Source: an uncultured delta proteobacterium (GTDB taxonomy: Bacteria > Desulfobacterota > BSN033 > UBA1163). From it: a stretch of DNA of 64,000 nucleotides. The notes beneath the pieces are model-generated. The model saw only the letters and a program-made list of their open reading frames with translations. It was not told where the DNA came from and made no database searches. Below, one piece after another: positions 21,781-28,735 of the stretch. Positions within the stretch are counted from its first letter, which is position 1; each line of letters begins with the position of its first letter. The stretch spans positions 64,083 to 128,082 of the forward strand of contig CAWGAV010000005.1 in the NCBI GenBank assembly GCA_963820625.1, in the 5' to 3' direction. Both the position numbers and the translations under genes were made by a program.

Positions 21781-21865
21781 CGTTTAAGATAATTATCCCT
21801 ATGCGCTTTGTTCTCTGCGAGTTATAGGGGGCAAGGGTTCTGGGGTTCAAGGGGGCTAAAGTAAA

Positions 21866-21960
21866 CCCCGTTAGAAATTCCAGCGGGGCATTAGACCCCG
21901 CCGGAATTATTCTAAAATGTAACCCCGCCGCAGAGCAGCGGGGCATTATTTCTAACGGGG
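21866..21960. repeat. nested hairpin cluster (13-bp outer stem enclosing two GC-rich hairpins)
   Basis: CCCCGTTAGAAAT (21866-21878) pairs with ATTTCTAACGGGG (21948-21960). Inner hairpins are CAGCGGGGC..GACCCCGCCGG and CCCCGCcgcagagcaGCGGGG. Confidence 0.6.
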
Positions 21961-21985
21961 TAAATGGGGTCTCCAATTATTACTT

Positions 21986-22277
21986 AGTAAATTACCCCGC
22001 CCACAGGGCGGGGCTTTAAAACCTAAATTCTCTAAACCCAAAACCGAGATCCCGAAATCCTTAGATCCTGAATTAAGTTCAGGACCTGGTTCGGGATGAC
22101 AAAAGAAGAAGGCCAATCCCCTGTTGTCATGCTTAACCTTGTGCTGAACTTGATTCAGTATCGTTTCAGCATCTGATCAGGTTTTTTCTGCCTTTAGCAG
22201 ACACACCTTTCATCCCCGTCCCTGCCTACCGGCAGGCAGGCACAGGACGGGGTTTTCAGGTGCGATTTCTAATAAAA
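21986..22277 (-). repeat. composite hairpin repeat, copy C (292 bp), at the left boundary of the accessory island
   Basis: Same length as copy D (35355-35646) and differs from it at only 6 positions by eye. Same orientation as D. Confidence 0.9.
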
Positions 22278-22381
22278 TTGCCAATAACCAATGGCGCAAT
22301 AATCTGATATTTCAAGACTTAATCCTTAATTACTCTTTCTTTAGCTGGGACAGTGCGATAACGCTGATGCCCGTTCAGGGA

Positions 22382-23197
22382 TTAACCGTTGAGATCCCCT
22401 TTCAGAAACGCCACAATGCGCTCGAATGCTCGAGGGTCCTGAATGAAAAACAAATGGCCCCCTTCAAACAGCTCCAGGCGTGCTCCCGGAATCTGTTTCT
22501 GCATTGCTTCGAGATTGGCGGACGTGGCAATGCCGTCATACCGACCCCCGCAAATGTAGGCCGGCATCCGGAGGTTAGGGAGCCGCTCGTACGTATCGTG
22601 GCGTGCGCGGGCTTCCAACTGCCGCCTGGCACCGATTTGGCGCCCCGGTTCGTCTGCTCCCACTCGCAGCTTCCCCAGGGTCTGTTCAAACAAAAGCTGG
22701 AATTGGGCAGGGTTGGCGGCCTGCCATACGGCGTCCAGGCGCGTGTCACTGAGGAAGAGCATTCGGCGAGCATAGTCCTCCACCGAAAGCAGGGCGAGCT
22801 CATGTAATGGATATGAGGCCCCGCCCGCACCACCACTACTTGTGCAGGCTAAGACCAAGCGTTCCACCCGGTTCGGATAGCGCAGGGTGAACTCTTGTGC
22901 CACCATCCCTCCGAACGAAATGCCCATGACCAAACAACGATCCCACCCCACTGCGTCGAGCAACGCATTGGCATCTTCGGCATAGTCGACCATGGTATAG
23001 GGGATATCCGGCCGCGAGGTTTGGCCGAGACCGCGTTGATCATAGGCGAGAATCTTAAAGTGTTGGGCAATGGCCATCTCGAAAATACTGGGTGAGCGGC
23101 GTAAATCACCCCCTGTACCACTGATGACGAGCAAGCGTGGGCCTGTGCCCCGGATCTCGTAATACATCTTGAGGTCACGAACGTTAATGAATGGCAT
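22382..23197 (-). CDS. alpha/beta-fold hydrolase (3-oxoadipate enol-lactonase-like)
   Basis: 271 aa. Nucleophile elbow GISFGGMVAQ, with an N-terminus typical of this family (YYEIRGTGPRLLVISGTGGD). Confidence 0.85.
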   Translation of the reverse strand: MPFINVRDLKMYYEIRGTGPRLLVISGTGGDLRRSPSIFEMAIAQHFKILAYDQRGLGQTSRPDIPYTMVDYAEDANALLDAVGWDRCLVMGISFGGMVAQEFTLRYPNRVERLVLACTSSGGAGGASYPLHELALLSVEDYARRMLFLSDTRLDAVWQAANPAQFQLLFEQTLGKLRVGADEPGRQIGARRQLEARARHDTYERLPNLRMPAYICGGRYDGIATSANLEAMQKQIPGARLELFEGGHLFFIQDPRAFERIVAFLKGDLNG

Positions 23198-23356
23198 GGC
23201 TCACTTTTTTCTATGGGGATTTATCATCTACCGAGTCTGTACAAAAAGCCCTATTGGGGCCATTTCCCGACTGATAAGTATTTGATTTTATTGATACCAA
23301 ATTTATGAAAATGACTTTTCCTACAGACTCAACACCAGACATTACCGGCGGGAAAC

Positions 23357-23417
23357 GCCAAACATAAATCATCACTCTACCGGACTGTTGTGAGTCCGGT
23401 GCATACGGATGTTGGGC
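23357..23417 (-). other. attC-like site 1 (follows mazF)
   Basis: On the minus strand: R'' GCCCAAC, then the stem ACCGGACT/AGTCCGGT, then R' GTTTGGC. Starts 2 nt after the mazF stop codon. Confidence 0.55.
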
Positions 23418-23419
23418 TT

Positions 23420-23755
23420 TCAATAGATGCACGCATCAAGTATGGACAGAACTTCTTCAAGCACGCTATCTGAAGCCCTGCCGATCCGCTTGGCCTTACG
23501 TGCACGGAAATCAATCGATTTGACTTGCTCAACCAGGACGAATCCGGTGACCTTTGGGTCGTTCACAACGGCCACATGGAAGGGGAAACCCCGCTCTGTG
23601 TTGGTGAGGGGGCAGACGATAGCGAGACCTGTATGTCTGTTGAAAAGGGTGTTGCTCACAACCAGGGCAGGCCGGCGGCCTCTCTGCTCATGGCCGGACT
23701 GCGGGTCGAAAGTGACGGCAACGAAATCGCCTTTTTGGGGAACATAGGTTGTCAT
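23420..23755 (-). CDS. mazF: type II toxin, MazF/PemK family endoribonuclease
   Basis: 111 aa. YVPQKGDFVAVTFDPQSGHEQRGRRPALVVS...CPLT... is typical of PemK/MazF. Abuts the antitoxin gene. Confidence 0.9.
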   Translation of the reverse strand: MTTYVPQKGDFVAVTFDPQSGHEQRGRRPALVVSNTLFNRHTGLAIVCPLTNTERGFPFHVAVVNDPKVTGFVLVEQVKSIDFRARKAKRIGRASDSVLEEVLSILDACIY

Positions 23756-24010
23756 TTACCAGTCCTCTCTGCCAACAGGTTCTCCCCATTCAACTTCCCT
23801 GGTCTTGTAATTCTTTGGAATACGGGACACTAATTCTTGCAGGCTCTGTTTGCCCCGTACGCGCCTCACGGGAGCAATGACAATCACACCGTCTCGTGTG
23901 GACACATCGACGGGATCACCAACCGAAATGCGAGCTTCCTCAAGAACCTGCTTAGCAAGACGGAGTCCCTGACTGTTACCCCATTTCTGAACTTTAGTAA
24001 CCATGTTCAT
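23756..24010 (-). CDS. mazE: type II antitoxin, MazE/AbrB (SpoVT-AbrB) family
   Basis: MNMVTKVQKWGNSQGLRLAKQVLEEA... The start is the ATG at 24010 or 24004, after GGAGG. The ORF-track start at 24064 lies upstream of the promoter. Confidence 0.85.
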   Translation of the reverse strand: MNMVTKVQKWGNSQGLRLAKQVLEEARISVGDPVDVSTRDGVIVIAPVRRVRGKQSLQELVSRIPKNYKTREVEWGEPVGREDW

Positions 24011-24029
24011 ACCTCCATGAGTTATACCA

Positions 24030-24058
24030 AGTATAGCCCCAGGCCTATGTCCTGTCAA
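24030..24058 (-). promoter_or_regulatory. sigma70-type promoter internal to the mazEF cassette
   Basis: On the minus strand: TTGACA (24058-24053), a 17-nt spacer, then TATACT (24035-24030), about 20 nt upstream of the mazE start. Confidence 0.55.
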
Positions 24059-24069
24059 GTCCATCCGAG

Positions 24070-24124
24070 GCCCAACGTTAAAAGCTCAGCGGTGGCTGTA
24101 AGCCATCCGCTGGATTTGTTAGGT
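24070..24124 (-). other. attC-like site 2
   Basis: On the minus strand: R'' ACCTAAC and R' GTTGGGC, both fitting RYYYAAC/GTTRRRY. Core is CAGCGG-TGGCTgtaAGCCA-T-CCGCTGGA. Confidence 0.65.
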
Positions 24125-24178
24125 TTCCTTGTACATCAATAGTCAAGTCTGCGCCTCTTTATCAGTCACCCTTTGGTT

Positions 24179-24760
24179 TCATTTCCCTTTTGGATAAATA
24201 CATAGGACATAAAAAGGTTCGTAGCTACTGGAACGATGAAAATCTTTGAATACATCATAAGGAATTTCCATCCTCATACCCGGACCAGGATCATTAATGA
24301 TAAAGATTTTCTTCAAATCATCATATCCCGAAACAACAACATAATGACCCTCTCCAGCATACCTTCCACTACTGTACCAATTTGAAGGAATCACTCCCAA
24401 TACAATTAAAGGATACCCTTGAGCGAGCAAAAATTTCACCTCTTCCTTTTTCGAATCATAGAAAGAATAGACTTCAAAACCTTGCATCCTTACATAGGAT
24501 TCCATACCGGAGATAGGGGTTACTCTGCCGCTTCTTGCCCTTCCTACTTCTTCTTGGGATAAATTTTTTCCATAAAAATTCAATACCATCCGTAGGGAAG
24601 TAGGACCACAATCCATATAGGGTTGGCGATATATTGGAACATTCTCAATGAGATGTTGCTGGGGTAGATTCGATTTTGTAATTTGGGGGTTTTTGACCGG
24701 CGGCCCCCCTGCACATCCTAAAACCAAAACGATAACCGAAAATAAAATGAACTTTTTCAT
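24179..24760 (-). CDS. lipoprotein with a C39-like (papain-fold) peptidase domain
   Basis: Lipobox MKKFILFSVIVLVLGC. Candidate catalytic residues in ...YMDCGPTSLRMVL... and ...GHYVVVSGYDD... The start is set at the ATG at 24760, after GGGGGGA. Confidence 0.7.
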   Translation of the reverse strand: MKKFILFSVIVLVLGCAGGPPVKNPQITKSNLPQQHLIENVPIYRQPYMDCGPTSLRMVLNFYGKNLSQEEVGRARSGRVTPISGMESYVRMQGFEVYSFYDSKKEEVKFLLAQGYPLIVLGVIPSNWYSSGRYAGEGHYVVVSGYDDLKKIFIINDPGPGMRMEIPYDVFKDFHRSSSYEPFYVLCIYPKGK

Positions 24761-24793
24761 AACCATCCCCCCTATATCCGTAAATTTAGAATG

Positions 24794-24849
24794 GCCTAAC
24801 GTGGCGCTCACCGGCCGGCGGAAGCGAGGCCGGAGCCGGTCCGTTGTGC
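24794..24849 (-). other. attC-like site 3
   Basis: On the minus strand: R'' GCACAAC and R' GTTAGGC. Stem ACCGGCCGGC / GCCGGAGCCGGT with bulges. The upstream ORF reads into it. Confidence 0.5.
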
Positions 24850-25425
24850 AGCGCATGGTTCGGGCTCCGGCCCCGACTCCATTGGCAACGATTCGATCAG
24901 TACATGCCTTACCTTCTGAGCAGCTTTTTCGGCTCCCAAACCAGCAATGGCCACGGCCACGTTGGCGCGCCGATAAGAGGGTCGGAAATAGCTGATGTCC
25001 GCTTTGATCTCCCTCAGGTACAGTTGCTTCTCCCTTTCAGATAGCTTCTTCTCTATGGGCCTAGAATCGATGTCGTAGAAAGTGATCCTGTTCAGAATGT
25101 TTTCCGGAGAATCTTCGAGCGCCACCGTGGTGGCATTCGCCTTTTTCACTATGCGCCAGTAGGCGTCCAAGAGGCCGCTGGGCGGCAAGGCGATAACGCA
25201 GTTCCGACTGTCCTCTCGCGACAAGACTTGCTTCAATGCTTTGGAAGCCTCTTTGCGATATGAGTACGAGGTCAGGAAGCGCTTCTGGAGCCGCTCAATG
25301 GACGTTCCAAAATAGCTCTCTATTTCCGCGTCCAAATCAAAGAACGGACAGCCAAGCAGAGCCACCAGTTTCTCTCCGACCTTCGTTTTACCGACACAAC
25401 AGACCCTTGTTATGAAGACCCTCAT
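24808..25425 (-). CDS. shikimate-kinase-like P-loop NTPase with a degenerate Walker A
   Basis: MRVFITRVCCVGKTKVGEKLVALLGCPFFDLDAEIE... aligns by eye with AroK N-termini (GxxGxGKS/T-VG...FxDxDxxIE). RBS GAGGAG. Confidence 0.6.
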   Translation of the reverse strand: MRVFITRVCCVGKTKVGEKLVALLGCPFFDLDAEIESYFGTSIERLQKRFLTSYSYRKEASKALKQVLSREDSRNCVIALPPSGLLDAYWRIVKKANATTVALEDSPENILNRITFYDIDSRPIEKKLSEREKQLYLREIKADISYFRPSYRRANVAVAIAGLGAEKAAQKVRHVLIESLPMESGPEPEPCAAQRTGSGLASAGR

Positions 25426-25455
25426 TGGATGCACTCCTCTCGGATTTGTTCCTGG

Positions 25456-25513
25456 CCCGAACGGTCAAAATCAGCGGGGCGTGTAACGCATCCGCTGGAT
25501 TGTTTTGTTATAT
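25456..25513 (-). other. attC-like site 4
   Basis: On the minus strand: R'' ATATAAC, containing the TAA stop of the upstream ORF, and R' GTTCGGG. Core is AAATCAGCGG..CCGCTG[G]ATT with a bulged G. Confidence 0.55.
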
Positions 25514-26245
25514 GCATATTCCGGATGTTATATCAGGCTTCTTTTTCAGCACTTTTAACCCATATGGACAGACTGCTGAGCAAATTCCGCAGTTGTGCCC
25601 CTTGTGGTACTGAAAGTAATGTTCTTTTTTCCACTGATCGCATGCCTGTACATCCAGAATTTCTTCACGGGGTGTTCCTGGATACCATGAGTTGCCTTTC
25701 AATGCCTTTGCAGGACAAGCATCGATGCACCGCGTACAACGACCGCAAAAATTACGCTCTATTGGTGGCCCACAGGGAAGTTCCCTGTCGGTAAAAACGG
25801 TTCCCAAACGAACCCACGACCCAAACTTCCGGGTAATAAGCTGGCAGTGGCGGCCTATCCAACCTAAACCTGCTCGGGTAGCCGCAGTTTTGTGAGGAAA
25901 GTCACCTTTGATATTAACTGTATCGGTACGCTCAGAAGCCGCGAGCGGTTTAGCGCGATATCCTCTGCTTCTGATTTCGGCTGCTAACGCTCCTGATAAT
26001 TCATTGATGAGGGCATTCACCCTAGCGTACTCATCGGCATACGCTTGGTTAGGGCCGTTCTGGATGCTGACCATAATGTGAGGATTCATGGGAATAGCCC
26101 ATGAAAGGGCGAAAGGAAAACTATGTCCTGTTTCATCCTGGGGCGTGGAAAAATCCCGAAGGTCTGCCGCACCCCAGAGAACAATCTTTTGTGCTTCTAT
26201 CCAACCAGTCAACCAGCAAGGGAAAGTGGTTGAGGGAACAGGCAA
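25508..26245 (-). CDS. 4Fe-4S double-cluster protein, short epoxyqueuosine-reductase (QueG)-like
   Basis: CGRCTRCIDACP and CGICSAVCPYG ferredoxin-type motifs. 245 aa. TTG start 6-7 nt after GGAGG. Confidence 0.65.
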   Translation of the reverse strand: MPVPSTTFPCWLTGWIEAQKIVLWGAADLRDFSTPQDETGHSFPFALSWAIPMNPHIMVSIQNGPNQAYADEYARVNALINELSGALAAEIRSRGYRAKPLAASERTDTVNIKGDFPHKTAATRAGLGWIGRHCQLITRKFGSWVRLGTVFTDRELPCGPPIERNFCGRCTRCIDACPAKALKGNSWYPGTPREEILDVQACDQWKKEHYFQYHKGHNCGICSAVCPYGLKVLKKKPDITSGICI

Positions 26246-26263
26246 TTCATACCTCCATATCTC

Positions 26264-26323
26264 ATATAACGGCCAGGGTCAGCCGCGCGGCTTGTCCGCG
26301 TCGCCTGCACCCTCTGGTTCGAC
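26264..26323 (-). other. attC-like site 5
   Basis: On the minus strand: R'' GTCGAAC and R' GTTATAT. Stems CCAGGGT/ACCCTCTGG and GCGCGG/CCGCG. Confidence 0.5.
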
Positions 26324-26330
26324 GATCCTT

Positions 26331-27002
26331 TCAGTCCATTGGAATGATGTCAGCGTAAGCAAACCCATTCCGATTCACAATATCGCCGACTCTGGCCAGG
26401 ATGGTTTTCCGAAACATCGGCCCCCCCACGACGACCGTGTGGATTTCCCCGTTCTCTCCACACGGGTCGCAATCCTTGGGGAACTCCGCAATCAAGTCCC
26501 TTGACCATTTTCGCCCAGCAAAACGCGAAGGCAGTTTCTTGAGATCTACACTGCTGACATAGGCTTCGAGTCCTGCTGACAGCATTTGCTCCGCCAGCTC
26601 GCCCGTGGGAATTTCCCACAACGGAAAAAGAGGATCAATTCCGGTTCCTTTCAATTGATTCTCCCGATACTTTCGGATGTCCTCAAGGAACAGATCTCCG
26701 AATGCCAGGCACTCAATCCTCTTGCTGGCAGACTCGGTGACAAAGTGTCGCATGATGGCATCGTATTGCTCGTTTGTGCATGGGTCGGGTAGACTGATCG
26801 TTTCGATCGGCAGGCCTACTGCCTCGGCTTGACGTTGAAGCATCTCCAACCGGGTGCCGTGCATCGACACACGACTGTATTTCTGATTCATTGCGGTAAA
26901 CAGGCCGAGAAGCTCAACCCTCGGGTCTTGTTGGAGCAGGTGAACCGCCCATGCGCTGTCCTTACCGCTACTCCAGCTCAATAGGGTCTTTTTCTGCATC
27001 AT
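26331..27002 (-). CDS. PP-loop ATP pyrophosphatase of the Dph6/MJ0570 (diphthine-ammonia-ligase-like) family
   Basis: MMQKKTLLSWSSGKDSAWAV (PP-loop SxGKDS) and ...CGENGEIHT... The start at the ATG at 27002 lies 12 nt after the preceding R'. Confidence 0.75.
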   Translation of the reverse strand: MMQKKTLLSWSSGKDSAWAVHLLQQDPRVELLGLFTAMNQKYSRVSMHGTRLEMLQRQAEAVGLPIETISLPDPCTNEQYDAIMRHFVTESASKRIECLAFGDLFLEDIRKYRENQLKGTGIDPLFPLWEIPTGELAEQMLSAGLEAYVSSVDLKKLPSRFAGRKWSRDLIAEFPKDCDPCGENGEIHTVVVGGPMFRKTILARVGDIVNRNGFAYADIIPMD

Positions 27003-27009
27003 ACCTTCT

Positions 27010-27067
27010 CTCGAACGAATTAAATCAGCGGTGGCTGTAAGCCATCCGCTGGAGTGATTTGTTGTGC
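27010..27067 (-). other. attC-like site 6
   Basis: On the minus strand: R'' GCACAAC and R' GTTCGAG. The core CAGCGGTGGCTGTAAGCCATCCGCTGGA is identical to that of site 2. Confidence 0.6.
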
Positions 27068-27072
27068 GCGCT

Positions 27073-27435
27073 CTATATTTCTTCAAATTCCTTTAATGTC
27101 TTTTCAGTTATTACATCACCTGTATGTTTTATTTTCGATGATTCCAAAACCATCATCCACGTTTCCTCATCAGCGAATGGCCTATGCTTTTTGCCTTTTG
27201 GAATGACCACTAATTCTCCTGGATTTATTTCAATGATTCCTTCTTCTAATTCAATTCTGAATTTACCTTTTATTATATAAAACAATTCATCTTCATCTTT
27301 ATGGTCATGCCAAACCAATTCACCCTTTACTTTAACAATTTTCACATCATAGTTATCCACCCGACTAATTACTTTCGGGCTCCATAATTCATCAAACTTT
27401 CCAAACTTATCCTCGAGGTTTAATACTTTTATCAT
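27073..27435 (-). CDS. cupin domain protein
   Basis: 120 aa. Contains ...WHDHKDEDELFYIIKGKF..., ...GELVVIPKGKKHRP..., a two-motif cupin pattern. Confidence 0.8.
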   Translation of the reverse strand: MIKVLNLEDKFGKFDELWSPKVISRVDNYDVKIVKVKGELVWHDHKDEDELFYIIKGKFRIELEEGIIEINPGELVVIPKGKKHRPFADEETWMMVLESSKIKHTGDVITEKTLKEFEEI

Positions 27436-27457
27436 ATTTTTCCTTTCATCTTATCGC

Positions 27458-27529
27458 GTACAACGATTGTGTTCACCAGCGGCCAAAACGCACAGTGTTT
27501 TGGCCGTTTGGTGGAGCGCCTTGTTAGGC
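27458..27529 (-). other. attC-like site 7 (long, 72 bp)
   Basis: On the minus strand: R'' GCCTAAC, embedding the TAA stop of the upstream ORF, and R' GTTGTAC. Stem CACCAGCGGCCAAAAC / GTTTTGGCCGTTTGGTG. Confidence 0.6.
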
Positions 27530-28069
27530 TCTCATATTCTTCATATATTTCAATTTCCGCCAACTGATTTGTTGTTGAGTAAGAGGCATTTCTCTGTGCA
27601 CTCGGAAAAAAAGCTTTTGTAATGACATGTCTTTCCGAATGTCACCAATATATTTCTTGAAGGCCGTATGAACGTCTGCGAAGAGAACGAATGGATTAAC
27701 GATAATTAGATTAGTTTTAGGATCCTTTTTAAGATGGACGTTTCTCGCCCAAAGTTCATTTTTACAAAGTATAGCATAGTGACTCTCCATATTGAACCCG
27801 TGCACGAGACCACACCGAATGAATCCGTAAAATTCATTAGGTGAATATGAAGCTGGGAAATAGTTGCGGAGAAAGCTTATATATTTCTGTTTGTTCATTT
27901 TGCCATCAGGCATCCCGGAGCAGTATTTCGCGAGGAGATCGATTGCACAGCAAAGGAGGATTGTAGCCGGGACCCCTTGGTAATCGGTTAGGAGTAGACG
28001 AACACTACGATAGAGATAGAACTGAAATCGGAATGAAAATCTATCGATAGCATTTCCCATTTTATTCAA
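27524..28069 (-). CDS. hypothetical protein (cassette ORF, about 180 aa)
   Basis: Uninterrupted ORF filling the interval between two attC-like sites. The start is the TTG at 28069 or the ATG at 28060. No family recognised. Confidence 0.5.
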   Translation of the reverse strand: MNKMGNAIDRFSFRFQFYLYRSVRLLLTDYQGVPATILLCCAIDLLAKYCSGMPDGKMNKQKYISFLRNYFPASYSPNEFYGFIRCGLVHGFNMESHYAILCKNELWARNVHLKKDPKTNLIIVNPFVLFADVHTAFKKYIGDIRKDMSLQKLFFRVHREMPLTQQQISWRKLKYMKNMRA

Positions 28070-28070
28070 A

Positions 28071-28140
28071 GCTTAACATCATGCATCAGCATCATGGAAC
28101 CTGCCGCGGATTCCGAGTAGGCTGAATCCGATAGTTCGGA
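28071..28140 (-). other. attC-like site 8
   Basis: On the minus strand: R'' TCCGAAC and R' GTTAAGC. Stem CGGATTC/GAATCCG. Confidence 0.5.
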
Positions 28141-28145
28141 TTATC

Positions 28146-28664
28146 CTATCTTGGACATTGTCTCCAAAGCTCTCGTTTGAGCTCTTCATACACGTTGAAG
28201 ACGATTGGGCAGACGGAGCAATTCGAGAAGGCTTGATTCACCCTGAAGACAAAATCCCTCTTGTGCAAATGCGGATAAGAACGGCAGTCGCCAGGCCGAT
28301 CATCGTAGACCGTGCAGAAATTATTCTGCAAAAAAGGACATGGCTGGTTTCTGAAGACGGACCCTTCCCCTTCGGGAGCATCTGCAAGAAATTGGGAATG
28401 GAACTCATCAACACTCAACCCAAGATGATTGGTAAGCCGCCTGATATCCGTCGGCTTCAGAACAGGATTAACTTTCTTACAGCAATTGGCGCATTTGGTA
28501 CAGTCGATTTCCATAGATACTTCGCGATAGAAATTATGGACTGTAGAGTCAATGCTCCGACTGGAGAGATTAGATCTCTTGAGATAACAGCGGAATGCCC
28601 AATTGGCCTCCTCGCGTTGTTTCGCGAGTTGTTCAATTCTCTTAATATCCGTTTCGAATCTCAT
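28146..28664 (-). CDS. YkgJ-family (CxxCxxCC) zinc/iron-chelating cysteine-cluster protein
   Basis: CTKCANCCKK... and ...CPFLQNNFCTVYDDRPGDCRSYP match the UPF0153/YkgJ pattern. 172 aa. Confidence 0.7.
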   Translation of the reverse strand: MRFETDIKRIEQLAKQREEANWAFRCYLKRSNLSSRSIDSTVHNFYREVSMEIDCTKCANCCKKVNPVLKPTDIRRLTNHLGLSVDEFHSQFLADAPEGEGSVFRNQPCPFLQNNFCTVYDDRPGDCRSYPHLHKRDFVFRVNQAFSNCSVCPIVFNVYEELKRELWRQCPR

Positions 28665-28674
28665 ATACCTTAGA

Positions 28675-28732
28675 GTCTAACATCAGAAATCAGCGGCGGC
28701 TATCAGCCATCCGCTGGAGTGTCTTGTTCGGT
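28675..28732 (-). other. attC-like site 9
   Basis: On the minus strand: R'' ACCGAAC and R' GTTAGAC. Core is CAGCGGCGGCTATCAGCCATCCGCTGGA. Confidence 0.6.
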
Positions 28733-28735
28733 GAC

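Noticed and set aside
22278-22381. attC-like site expected after the last cassette gene (alpha/beta hydrolase)
   Set aside because: Only a 24-bp CTGAAC...GTTATCG segment without a convincing stem is present. It is too short and degenerate to call.
22367-22836. ORFs of 146 aa (+) and 144 aa (-) overlapping the alpha/beta hydrolase gene
   Set aside because: These are alternative frames of a GC-rich gene. Only the 271-aa frame has the GxSxG hydrolase pattern.
28158-28673. 171-aa plus-strand ORF mirroring the YkgJ-type cassette gene
   Set aside because: The minus-strand product carries the CxxCxxCC family motif and fits the attC-like boundaries. The plus-strand ORF has no recognisable features.
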